NCBI GenBank assembly: GCA_002633005.1
Contig: NMRA01000227.1
Location: 444,219-508,218 of the forward strand
Length of the DNA: 64,000 bases
Source of the DNA: Phoronis australis
Lineage: Eukaryota; Animalia; Phoronida
Direction of reading: 5' to 3'
This document shows, piece by piece, positions 40,073-52,062 of the stretch. Position numbers and translations under genes: made by a program. The first letter of the stretch is position 1. The number at the start of each line of letters is the position of its first letter. The notes beneath the pieces are model-generated. The model was not told the origin of the DNA. It was given only the letters and a program-made list of their open reading frames with translations, and did not search any database.

Positions 40073-40225
40073 CTGTGGCGGATTTAAGGGGGGGGGGAGA
40101 AGGGAGTCATGGCCCCCGCTAAAATTCTTCCAGATTCCATTTAGCAGTATTGCGGGTGACGGGCCAATCCTGGCTAACTTCGCCCTGACCCCCCTCCCCA
40201 ACTCAAAATCCTAGATCCGACCCTG
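40073..40225. mobile_element. Short hAT-like MITE
   Basis: CTATT|CTGTGGCGGATTTA ... TAGATCCGACCCTG|GTATT. Confidence 0.6.
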
Positions 40226-43200
40226 GTATTCTCTATTGTATCCTCTATTTGTGCATTATAAGCATTATTTCTATGCATATACAGTCAATAAACTTTGGCA
40301 GCTTGGAATCGTATGTGTGAGACGAAAGCGAACGCGGCAGATGTGGGACATGTTGTATGTAGATATTTTCGTTCCATGTATCAGATAACAGTTCTTTATA
40401 TCAGTCTGTTCAATATGCCTGGACACTTTTAGTGCAATACCACAGTAAACATTATACCTACCTGTTTTATGTGGACATTTTTTCAAAACACCGGTAAGAA
40501 CGGTTCTTTATATGATTTTAATCCAGACATTTTATCCTTTACCACGATAAAATCACTTTAATAATAATAATCTGTTCTATCTCTACACTTTTTTGTTCAA
40601 TACGACGGAAGGAACGGTCAATCTAGAGACCTTTTGATGTCTTCAAAAGGCCCAGAGGGTGACGTATGATGCAAAAGTGAAACACAACTGGGTAGAAGCT
40701 CCATATTGTGCGACTGTCTGACAAATGAAATCGTCAGCATGGTGAAGTTTGCGGAAGAAACGCTGGCACTTGAACTTCAAGAACGCAGAAAGTGCTCTCA
40801 AACACTGAAATCTCCGTTCGGCTTTCTATCAGAACGTCCAGTCACTAACGTCTGACCGTTTGGAATCGCATGTTGGAGGCGAAAGCGAACACGCCTGGAG
40901 AGAAAGCAGGAGATGTGGGGCTATCTATGACAAGATGAAATAGTCAGCGTGTTGTATGTAAATTTTTGTCCAATACATCAGTAAAAACGGTTCTTTATAC
41001 CAGTCTGTTCTAAATGGGTACTTTTGTGCAGTACCCGAAAGTAAACGTTACTTTCAATACCAACCTGTTGTATGTGGGCATTGCTGTCCAATACATATTT
41101 AAACCAAACTGTTTTAAAAGGACACATTTTGTCCAGTACTGCAGTAAACATCGTTTTGACAGAAATCTGTTCTATCTTAACTCTTTTTGTCTAATATAAC
41201 TGTAAGAACAGTTCATCAATTAACGGAGAATGTCACCCGATTAAATCAGTTTTTGTCACCGTCTTAATCGATCTATATCCACATCACCTCGTATACAGTG
41301 GATCTCACCTCGCCGAAAGCTGCCGCGTAACATGCAAGCAAGGTGAGTAGACGACGCAGCGACGTCAGTGGTTCTTCAGCTGAGTGTGTGCCGCTATGGT
41401 GTGGCGTATCGTCCCCCCCTTGCCGCGTGAACCATGAAGCTGCGAAGAAAGCGGGTATATTGTTTTCGCGCAAGTAGAAGTGAAGGGACAAATTCAGTGA
41501 CGCATATTCCGCTTTTTGTTTACTGTGATAATTAGTGCTCCGACGGTCAGCACCGATCGTAACAAATTGAGAGCCATCTCAGTGGCTTGTCCAAATTCAT
41601 AATCCACAAATTATAACAGCCAATAATAACCTAGTTTGTACTTTGACAATTTGTCAGCAAATGCAGTTTCGTAGATGCAAACTACGAACAATTCTTTTAG
41701 GTGAAGAGACTCCACAGTGCAGGATTAAGCAATTGAGGGCCAAGAGCTCCACTGATGACTAACCTGAGGTAACCTATGTCGACCTCTATAGTTCAGTTCT
41801 TGTAACAACGGAATAAAGTAAACAATTTGAAAGTTGAAATAACCAATATATTCTTACAGGAAAAGCTCTCAATATAATCAAGTGAAAATTATCTAAATGA
41901 ACATAATTAGCTTATCTGCGTTAAAGGGACAAGGCAGTTCACCTGCTCTTCTTCTGATTTTATGAAATTCTGTTTTGTTGATTTTCCTCGGAAAACTTTT
42001 CAATTTTATCTTCGTAACCAAGACTTCTTAATTTTCCCTTTGTATACGCATGAATGCATCTAGATTTTGGTTGATCCGAGTACCCTTTTCATAGTGAAAA
42101 TTACTTTTCTACACAGCAATTACCTAGAGACCACGAGACGCAAAACATTATCAACACAGAATCCAGGTTTCGGAGGAGGTCGATGGTGAAATCGATTGCC
42201 TCTTTTTATGAAGTTGTTAAACTTTTTCTGTTGAGAAAGGTCATTTCTTGCAAGGTCACCCGTTGATGGAAACAACTGTCACTCTTCTATGTTTTAACTT
42301 TTTTACTTTTCTTATTAGGGGACTCCTTTCAGACGTGATCTTCCCTTGGAGGAGCCGTTTGGGACAATTTCCCCTTTACAACACTATAAATCCGACAATA
42401 TAAACTATTTATGAGGTCGGAAAGTAGATAAAATTTCGTACTGGTCGACAAAATTACATAACATGTTCAGAGCCGCTGAGCATAAGACATGCGGCCTAAA
42501 CAACCAAAAATGTGTGATTGTATAATAACAAAGCAACAGCACTGACCATCCTAGAAATAATGAAAGTGTGAAGAACTTGAAGAGCAATTTGATGTGGAGT
42601 CACTCAAAGAAAATATTCTCGACGGTTTTACAACGATATAATATCGATATTTTTTTAAAGGAATTCCAAGAATGGAAGTTCTTTTGAACATCGTTCAGAA
42701 CCATGATTAGAAAACCATTGGTGATAAAGAGTGTGTACTTATGTGAAGTTTTGAAAGTTTTAGAGAGTGTTGAGAACATCAGTTGAGACAGACATTTTGG
42801 ACTTTGTCTGGTCATTGTAACAATTATAGGCACAGCAACAGCCAGTTCTGATAAGGAGCACCTCTGATTCAAATACCAGCAATATAAAAAAAAAAACATA
42901 AGTTAGATCATTTACAGCTTTTTAATCAATCTCTATTAATTCCCCCATAAAAGCAACCATGGCTTTCAATACAATGAATTTTGAATATTTTAATATTTCA
43001 AAACCTTTGAATGGTTAACCATTGATTGTTCATTTACAATTTATGTAAACATGAAATTGATTCACAATTTGCAGTAGTCATTTTGATCCCATCTCTAATA
43101 GCTCCTTAACCTACACCATTGCTCTACACATTTGAACCTTAGGGAACACTAACCAAGCCAGGACAGTCCATAAGCTTGAAGGGACATTATTGGTTTTACA

Positions 43201-43974
43201 GCTGTGAAATGCATTTTTGAAATTATGAGTGGATGGGCTAAAGTTATTGACGTTTATAGCTTTGACCAGATCTAAAATAACAAAATGTATATTGTTTTTT
43301 GATTTTTTTACAAATTGCCAACTCATACATGTAGACTGCCAGATATTCGGTTACATACCATTCCTGGATACTTAAAACCAAGAAATTTCTGACATCACGA
43401 TCTGATCTAGAATCAGGTTCGATTAAACTTGACAAACAAGCCTATTGTGTTGGTACACAATGCTGTGGTAGTAAGCGGGTCAGAGCATAAAATCAGCAGT
43501 TGAAAGTTAAGTCTAATTTCTCTGAAAGTCAACCATTTTTCTTTCTTCGAAGTTTTTTTGGTGACAATATTTCAAGAAAAACGCATCTTCTTCATGACAT
43601 TTGTTGAAATTTGTCTGGAAATAGCATTTTTTAAATACCTGTTAGTGTCAGCTGCAATGTTTGTACAGCATAATTGGTGGATTACATGACCTTATCAGAT
43701 GAATGCAAACAATGAGAGAGCTGGACAGGGAAGGAGCGTAACACGACTGAAATCAAAGACAGTGACAGTTTTACTGTACACAGTAAAAGATGTCAAAGTC
43801 ACTGAGTTCTACTACAGAATAGCTATCTTATCTGCTTGTGACCAATTAGACTTGGGTTTCTTCTTAAATTTGTTAAAAATCCTTGAGGCAAAGCCCATAT
43901 AGCTACCTGGCCTACAGTGCTCATTTTGACAAAAGGAGTGAAAACTTATGCTTCAAACACTTTGGCATTGATTG

Positions 43975-44042
43975 AAACAGATTTAGCTCTGTAGAGCATC
44001 ACATTCCAATGGGGTGGTTGCAGGTTTGATTCCGCACTGAGA
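43975..44042 (+). repeat. Degenerate tRNA-derived sequence
   Basis: TAGCTCTGTAGAGCA...TTCCAA...GGTTGCAGGTTTGATTCC (A/B-box-like). Confidence 0.4.
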
Positions 44043-44266
44043 ATGATTCCAGAAAATCACCTTTCTTGCCAATAATGTCCCACAAATTGACCAATAATAC
44101 AAAAGAAACTACATTCACAACAAACCATTTGTGATCACAGCTATTCATAACAATCCACAAGCAACTTTTAACTGACATTGTGCTTACCAGTATTTGGATA
44201 TCAAGCAGATAACTAATTAGTAAAACAAGAATTTAAAATAATTTAAGCGTATTGCTGGTCATCAAA

Positions 44267-45019
44267 CTACTCTGTCTCTTCACTATTATCACACTCTTCT
44301 AGTTCAGCCAAAGAAATAAACAGCTTCAATGCAGGTGGTAGACTGAGATTTTGTAGCTTAAAGACAACATCATGCCCTAACAATACTCGAATTTTGCGTC
44401 GTGCAAGGTGACGCAAGGAAAAGGGATTTGACGAAATGTGCTGTATCCATTCCCACAATTCCTTATCATCCTTGATTTCCTCCGGTATGTTCTCACCCTG
44501 AAGCCAGCCATTAAGGCACTTGGCATCGCAACCAGCAACAATAAGCATTTTTGCTATGGCCACTTCTTTCCTTTCAAGTGCTAGATGTAGGGGTGTCGTG
44601 TCACCTTGCTGACTAACTAGACCGCAGTTGGTGTGCAGCAACATTTTAACCACATTCACACGGTTGCGGTCGATGGCGTGCCACAATGGCGTATGATCAT
44701 CTCCATCTGGCTTGTCAGGGTCAGCGCCAGCCAATAGCAACTCTTTTACACACTCTCCATGACCTTTCATAGCTAAATAATGGATAGCACATCTTTTCCT
44801 GTCATTCTCTACATTTACATCACTGAACTTTGCCAACTTCTTCAAGGCAGTGCAGTATCCCTCCGTGGCTGCAATAATAAGTGCAGTGTTGCCAGCACAA
44901 TCTTGTAAATTTGGATCAGCGCCATTGGTCAACAGAAAATCTACGCCAACAGCTCTCTGTGCTGCCAAGTGAAGTGCAGTGTCGCCATCTTTGTTACTCT
45001 TGTTCACAGAGCAATTGGC
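44267..45019 (-). CDS. Ankyrin repeat and SOCS box protein (ASB-like), terminal exon
   Basis: Acceptor ttttcag|GCC at 45019 and stop TAG at 44267-44269. Several ankyrin repeats (GDTALHLAA, GNTALIIAA, DHTPLWHAI, DTTPLHLAL) precede a C-terminal SOCS box, PFSLRHLARRKIR...LSLPPALKLFI. Confidence 0.92.
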   Translation of the reverse strand, partial: ANCSVNKSNKDGDTALHLAAQRAVGVDFLLTNGADPNLQDCAGNTALIIAATEGYCTALKKLAKFSDVNVENDRKRCAIHYLAMKGHGECVKELLLAGADPDKPDGDDHTPLWHAIDRNRVNVVKMLLHTNCGLVSQQGDTTPLHLALERKEVAIAKMLIVAGCDAKCLNGWLQGENIPEEIKDDKELWEWIQHISSNPFSLRHLARRKIRVLLGHDVVFKLQNLSLPPALKLFISLAELEECDNSEETE

Positions 45020-46330
45020 CTGAAAACACATCAGAGAATGATTAAATAGTATAGGAATTAATAATAACATTGTCACACACAGCTGGTATATCACTACATA
45101 TGGTGATTGCAGAGATTCCTTGACGGCTAATGGAGAAGGATCAGAAATTTGAAAAGTTTCCATGATAGACTTCATGGAGCCCTGCTGACTGACCATACAG
45201 GATTGCTGACTAACTAAATACCAGTTAATGAAGTATTGACTTCACATGAAAAATGACAAAAACATGTTTCGAGTCAAAAGCATTCCCCTGTACCACCAAT
45301 GGTAGCACCACCTACAGTCAGGTCAGTGGCAACAAGGGTCATCTCTTCCATGTCATTGCTTCTTGAAAGTTTTACTAGCTATATTTTTTACCACTCAAGA
45401 ATCAAGAAGAGGTGACATATCACATTCAAATGGTTTAATATGTAAAGCTGTAGGGTCTTAGAGCCGCTCCAGTGGCAACTTGTATATTACGTAATAATCC
45501 ACTTATAAGGAAAGGACCTACTGCTAAGGATATGCGGAATTTTCAGTCCTGGTTCTTCAGCAGAGTTCTGGGCGGCTTTCACAAGGATCAAGAGTGTACG
45601 GTGCCATAGTCAGACACAGTTGTAATGATCGCATTGTCCGGTGTGAGCAAGATACAATTAAGCATAAATAACCCGTCCATAAACATTAGTGGACATCTTT
45701 GCCTGTACACAAATGCGAATTTTCAAAATGCATACAACCAATAATTTTTATTTATTAAAAGTAAATGTTACAGCAGTATTCAACTGTAAAAATCATTTCA
45801 GTACAGTTTTCGATTCTTAAAAAATAGATGAACTACAGATTGACGAAAACTGACTGTGTATACTGATATACTCGGAAGATTTACTAACGCTGATCACCTT
45901 TCCACTTCATTACTTAGAGCTTCACAAAAGAAAGGGCATGTTGAATATTGGGCAGTATTAAAGGTGTCTGAGGGCAAAAGGAATCTCAACTGTGACCAAT
46001 GTAAGTGATATATTCTAGTCCTCATGACCATACAGCACATTCTTCCAAGGATATAAAGAAATTCATATATGCACAAAAAAGGAGCTGAGAATACTGAAGG
46101 CACAAAAGAAAGTGTGTCCTGTTCAGCATGCATTGGAAATTCCAAAGTAGATCCTTATACGATTGTAAAAACTTGGATGTGCACATGGTAGAAAGTCACT
46201 GCGAGTTTTGTAAACAATAACATTTGACCACCTTGTTATTTCCTGAACAAGCTGTGAGTGTTGGTGCACACATAACAGTATGTGTTAGGATCACAGATTC
46301 CAGATACAAATCATTGTTAATAAGCCATAC

Positions 46331-46623
46331 CTCCACCAAGACTTTCATTAGAGCAACATGGCTGCCCTTGGCAGCATACATCAATGGTGTATAGCCCGCA
46401 CTATCTACAGAGTCGGGATTGACCCCAGCCGACAGAAGTAAAGTTACGGCGTCTGACCTTCCCAGCCGTGCAGCCACATGGATAGGCTTTGAACCACTGT
46501 TGTTGGCATAGTTTACATTGCACTTGAACTGAACAAGATCAGACACGATGTCCAGGTAGTTTGATTCTATGGCAATTTTGAGAGCACAGTTACAACAACT
46601 GTCCACAACATTTGGGTTCGCTC
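46331..46623 (-). CDS. ASB-like gene, exon 3 (ankyrin repeats)
   Basis: tttacag|GA...GAG|gtatgg, 293 nt, phase 1 to 0. Encodes GANPNVVD, GSKPIHVAARLG and GYTPLMYAAKG, and splices in frame to 45019 (VLVE|ANCSVN). Confidence 0.9.
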
Positions 46624-46992
46624 CTGTAAAGAGATGTATAAGAAACAAAGGCTGATGTCTAACACCTGCATTCTTAGGACACATTAAAATTTAAGTAACT
46701 AATCAAGAATATGTCATACACATGTGTGTACTGAATGAATGAATTTATGGAGTGGAAAGGCAAAATCTTGTAACATGAAATGTAGTTTAGAAACACGCTG
46801 CCAGGCATTCAAGAATGCTTTTATAAAGACGACTATTTACAGCTCAGCAGTATTTTTGGTGTTCATTAAATGCTACCTGCAATTTTGTCACCACCAACTG
46901 GAGAGAATTGAGGACCAATTAAACTATCCCACAAGCTAGAAAATTTACCCCAGTCAGTAGTGTGCAATACTGCTAATGCTTGCCTAAATGCT

Positions 46993-47266
46993 CAGGGCCC
47001 TTCATGCCTCAATTTTGGAGCTAAATATCAGCCCCATTTCTTTATGAAAATAATTAAAAATCATGAGACATTCCCCTCTTTAGACCTAAAAGTTCTCCAA
47101 TGATTTAAAAAATGACACTCAAAATTAGAATCACTTCTGCAAAATGTTGAGCAATTGAGGCTGATGAGTGGCAACCAGTGATGCATGGTTCTGGTGGGGA
47201 TCGCGGGGGGGGGGGACTGCATGTTCACCCAACCGAAAAATTCCCCCCTTGTGAGCAAGGGCCCTG
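46993..47266. mobile_element. Possible hAT-like MITE in an intron
   Basis: 10-bp TIRs CAGGGCCCTT / AAGGGCCCTG; no TSD seen. Confidence 0.4.
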
Positions 47267-47642
47267 TTTTCTACTCCTATATTTTCACTTAAATGCTCGT
47301 GTTTAGTTGTATGCACACCTCACTTCATAAATTAGTTACTTGACTTCAATGCCCCTTAAAAGCACGCAGGTCTGTGAGTGTCATATACAAAATTAAAGTT
47401 CAAAAAAGCATGCAACTCGCTCAACTGTAACTAAGGTGAAATCTCACTGACAAGTTGGACAGATAAAAAAAAAACAAGTATTAAAGCAATGCCTTGCATA
47501 AATCAATGTTTGATATGACTCCAGGAGATGAAGTGATTGATATCAATGAACTCCTTTTTGTACAAAAAATAATTGCCAAAATTGTCACATTTCCATTTTC
47601 CAAACGATGATTACCTTGCTGTAAATACTGGAAACTTCAAAA

Positions 47643-48910
47643 ATGTTGTCTTTATGATGTCTATGTTAACCTGTCATATTGTGTCATGTTGTCTTTATGA
47701 TGACTACATTAACCTGTCATATTGTGTCATGTTGTCTTTATAATATCTACATTAACCTGTCATATTGTATCATGTTGTCTAAATAATATCTACATTAACC
47801 TGTCATATTGTGTCATGTTGTCTTTGTGTGGCTGGTTGCATGAAACAGACCCAAATAGGGACTCTAATAAGATCCTTAAGTCTTTTTGCGTATTTGTATT
47901 TTTATGTACTCACAGATGCAATATTTTTTCTATCATTTCACCTTTATTGTGAGCTACTATTTGATAATTGACATTTTCTAATAATATAACTAAAAACTGA
48001 GCCCACAGTTCATTGAAAATAAATATGGACCCAGTCTTTAAATTGGGGGCGTTCCATGAAAAGATCCTAAATTATTTTCGATAATATTGACAATTCAACA
48101 CCAAGTTCACTCTTGATTTGCATCAAAATCAAAAGTTGACTTAGTAATGAAACTAAAACAATAAAAGAAAGGACAGTCAATATTTTCACAAGTTCAAAAA
48201 TATGCAGTAGATTTAGGGAACTTAGTTGAGTCCTTATTTGGGACTGTTTTATGCAACCGGGCAATGATGTCTACATTAGCCTGTAAGATTGTGTTATGTT
48301 GTTTTATAATGTCTACATTACCAGTCATATTGTGTCATGTTGTCTTTATTGTGTCTACATTAACTTGTCATATTGTGTCATGTTGTTTTATGATGTGTAC
48401 ATTAACCTGTCATATTGTGTCATGTTGTTTTATGATGTCTAAATTAACCTGTCATGTTGTGTTATGTTGTTTTATGTCTACAATAACCTATCATAGTGTG
48501 TCATGTTATATTGTGTGATGTTGTCTTGTGATGTCTGCATTAACTTGTCATATTGTGTCATACTGTCTTCATAATGTCTACAGTAACATGTTACATTGTG
48601 TCATGTTGTCTTTACGATGTTTACATTAACCTGCCATATTGTGTCATGTTGCTTTATGATGTCTACATTAACTTGTTGTGTTGTTTTATGATAACTGATT
48701 AACCTATCATATTATGTCATGTTGTCTTTATGATGTCTACATTAACCTGTCATATTGTGCCATGTTGTTTTATGATGTCTACATTAACCTGTCACATTGT
48801 GTCATGTTGTCTTTATATTGTCTACATTAACCTGTCACATTGTGTCATGTTGTTTTATGATGTCTACATTAACCTGTCACATTGTGTCATGTTGTTTTAT
48901 GATGTCTATG
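47643..48910. repeat. ~44-bp intronic minisatellite in two blocks (47643-47826, 48262-48910)
   Basis: Unit tatgatgtctacattaacctgtcatattgtgtcatgttgt(c)tt. Confidence 0.92.
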
Positions 48911-49737
48911 TTCGTGACTTTACCAGACGTAGAGGGTTGTGAGCGTGTGATAACATCTAGCTCCCTTGTTAACTGCCAAGCACAGTCTTTTGTCTGGTAT
49001 GATAACAAGAAGGCAAATTACCTACCAGGCTTATTACAGACCACGTGTGAATGCAGTGAAACCCAGAGCGAATTGGTACGTTCAGAAAGAATAGATTGTC
49101 GTAACTTCGGTTGTAGTTGGGCGATTTTGGTAATTCAAAAACTAAACGTGATCAGCATTTGACAAGTAATTCAGAATTGCTGTTGGCTTATGTTCAAATA
49201 TGTTATAACTTAACTTTTATTTTTAATAGCACAGACCCGTCAGGCTAGATACGATCTTATTGGAGATTAGAGCAACTGTCAAACAAAAGAGAGCTGGCCC
49301 TCCAACCATAAATGCTAGAATGGAGTTGATCAGTCGTGTAAGATGTTGGCTACAGGGGTCATCTTGCCAACATGTTGTTGGGCTATAGAATTGAACAAGT
49401 TGGGATCAACGGGAAAACGCCGGAATGAAACTTTGCCTCCAGGGTCCACACTGCACACCTGACAACTTTTGATAATGTGGAACAAAGAAGATTTAACAAC
49501 CACATGTGTGGCTAGTAATTCTTTCCGTCTAGTCGGCATTGTCCAGTGAACACTGGGGCAAGTTGTCATAAAACAACTTATCATGCCTCCATACGGTGTG
49601 GTATGTTGTCACACATGTGCAAAGTTACCCCAAAAAAAATCAAGGGTGTCCAAATCATTACTGAACCTGGTGACAACTTATTCTAGAAGTGACATGTTCT
49701 AGGCTAAGTGGTAGTGCGGACAACACTATAGATAATA

Positions 49738-50945
49738 AATCAATGAAAGCGCTCCAAGGAGCGACACTTGGAGAAATTAACCAAAAAATTCACGTTACAG
49801 ATGACCAGAAAAGACGACGACAAAGATGATGACGAAGATGACAGCTATGACGACGATGGTGGTGATGATGGACAATGCAAGTTATGATATCATTCATATG
49901 ATGAACGTAGATGTCAGAAATCACTAAGAGATAGGCTACAGTCTTGAGCGACACTTGGCGAAATTAACTGAAGAAAAGACAACGTCGGAGATGATGACAA
50001 AGATAACAAATATGATGATGGTGTTGGAGATGATGAACAACATCGTAACATTCATATGACGAACTTAGATGTCATAAATCAATAAGAAATAGGCTACAGT
50101 CTAGTTCAATAGAAGCTAAACCAACATCAACGCAGCAAGAGCGCTCAACAAAGGAACAGCGTTATCAGAAAATCTCAAACAACTCATAAAGTAGACGTCT
50201 TAGCAAAAAATGGAAAACATATTCTGAAAGCCCGTTAAAAATTCTATCTAAATTGATAGTATCACACAATTCCGTAATTTTTTTCGGAAAAAAATGAAAT
50301 TTTGTGTTTTTTAAAAGAAATTTAAAGTCAAATATCTCGAAAACGGTAAGTCTGAGAAAAAAATTGTTACAGTTCATTTTAAAGAATATACCTGAGAGAA
50401 TCCACATGCAAAAATTCATGTCATTTTTTTCTCCCGTTTAAGCGGCACCTCAGCACAACTGAAAATAGGTCAACATGCACCAGAACCGCCATCTTGAAAG
50501 CAACTTCCGGTTTTTTGGCCTTGTATAACAGCGAATCATAAAAAACTAACAACTGCAAAAATTCAAAGGAATTGGTCCTATATTGCGCCCTCTACAGGAG
50601 AAAGCGTTTTTTCCCGACATCGAGGTGCGCATGCGCGAATGCCAATATTTCCGCCATCTTTACCTGGAAGTAAACAATTTTCGGTACACATGTAGTGCAC
50701 ATCCGGTCCATTAATTGTACTGAGTTTCAAATCTGTACGTAAAAAATTGTAGCCTCCAGAAGCCTTTGAATCTTAAAATGGAAACAAAATGGCCACCACA
50801 GCCGCCATCTTGGATCCGTACTTCTGGAACTACGTGTAATGTGTAAATTTCGTTATGATCGGATGAAAATTGCGACCTGTATCGCGTGAACGAACAAATA
50901 AAAAAAAAACTTGATGGAAGAGCAACATACTTATTTCGCCAAGTA
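49738..50945 (+). mobile_element. HINE/DINE-like element, family B, in intron 2 of the ASB-like gene
   Basis: 5' hairpin CGCTCCAAGGAGCG followed by ACTTGG(A/C)GAA; inverted TTCGCCAAGT at the 3' end. The 3' end matches 8227-8395 and 50150-50265 matches 98-209, both inverted. Confidence 0.65.
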
Positions 50946-50980
50946 ATTAAGATATCATTGCAAGGATACTGGAAACTGAC

Positions 50981-51132
50981 CTGCTTCCAGTAACATTCTA
51001 ACACATTCTGTATATCCAGACTTAACAGCACTCAGCAACCCTCTGTTGATTTCTTTAACACTAACACTACCAGGGACAGCAAGAAGCAGCTTAACTACCC
51101 GCACACTGTTTCTTTCCACTGCGTCAGAAATA
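50981..51132 (-). CDS. ASB-like gene, exon 2
   Basis: ttttgtag|T...G|gtcagt, 152 nt, phase 2 to 1. Encodes ISDAVERNSVRVVKLLL...AVKSGYTECVRMLLEAG (ankyrin-like); its phase matches exon 3. Confidence 0.85.
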
Positions 51133-51952
51133 CTACAAAATAAAAAAATAAATTTAAAGAATTCAAAGAACAGGTGAGATTTAAAGAGTTTTGACACAAA
51201 CCCGTGCCAACAGGTTGTTTTTTATCATTAATTGTGTGGTGATCCCCCCACAACATCCTAGGTCCACCAGTGACTTGTATGATTATTCAGTACAATACCA
51301 TTGTCTTTGGTGACTGGCTGTATTTTTTCTCGGTTATCTTACATGTTCCAAAGAGAAATCAGTGCTAAATACATGACTGTCTGTGCTGCAAAAAGTTGCA
51401 GTATCACACACAGGAGGTTACAGAAAAAAATTATTTCATTTAGATAATGTGAATGCATTAGAGATTTTGGGCTATCAACTTTTCAAGGATTCCATAAAAA
51501 CTGGTCTTTTGTCTAAATTCCAGTGCAGTGGGAAGTTTAGAGGAAACGTAACAATAGTGCCCCACAACTAAGTCAATACAAGAAGTAATTTATGACACAC
51601 AAAGTCAATATTGAAGAATTGTATTTATAAACTGGGAGGAAAACGGCCACAAGGTGGCAGCATAATACGGTAAAGATTATAGATACTATTGGCACCACTG
51701 CTCTTTTTTAAAAACCAGCTTAAACTTGCAACAATAACCTTAATAAATAGAAACACTCCTGGGTATGGGCACATCATTAGCCTTGGTTGCCAGTTGAAGC
51801 CAGTGCAATTACTCCGGGTTAACCTTTGCCGCGGTTAACGACACATTGTTGGGGAGCTCATGTTGTTCCTATACTTCCTTCAGTACGGAATCGGAAAGTT
51901 TGTTCCGAAATAGTGTTTGACAAATATTAGTGCAAGCTTGTCACAAACCCAC

Positions 51953-52062
51953 AGGCCCACTGCCTCCCGATCCTCAATATAATCAACTATTTCATCGAAT
52001 AAGGCGTCCTCCGCCGGCCCCTGACTGGCAACAGTTACCGGGGCACACAGGTCATCGATCAT
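51953..52062 (-). CDS. ASB-like gene, exon 1 coding part (start uncertain: ATG 52062, or ATG 52375 with a frameshift)
   Basis: Donor CT|gtgggt at 51952 is phase 2, matching exon 2 (EAVGL|ISDAV). From ATG 52062 the spliced CDS is 110+152+293+753=1308 nt (435 aa). Confidence 0.6.

Larger units (their letters stand above)
38570..40280. repeat. Degenerate ~48-bp minisatellite interrupted by three MITEs
   Basis: tttgtacattataagcattgtttctatgcatgta recurs at 38570-38700, 39688-39750, 40041-40072 and 40240-40280. Confidence 0.7.

Noticed and set aside
41921-43110. TTAAAGGGAC start of another TTAA element (similar case at 23325)
   Set aside because: No matching inverted right end found.
45020-45196. 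N-terminal part of ORF 44267-45196
   Set aside because: Intronic read-through upstream of the acceptor at 45019/45020.
47722-49162. Cys-rich ORFs (MSTLTCHIVSCC)
   Set aside because: Translations of an intronic minisatellite.
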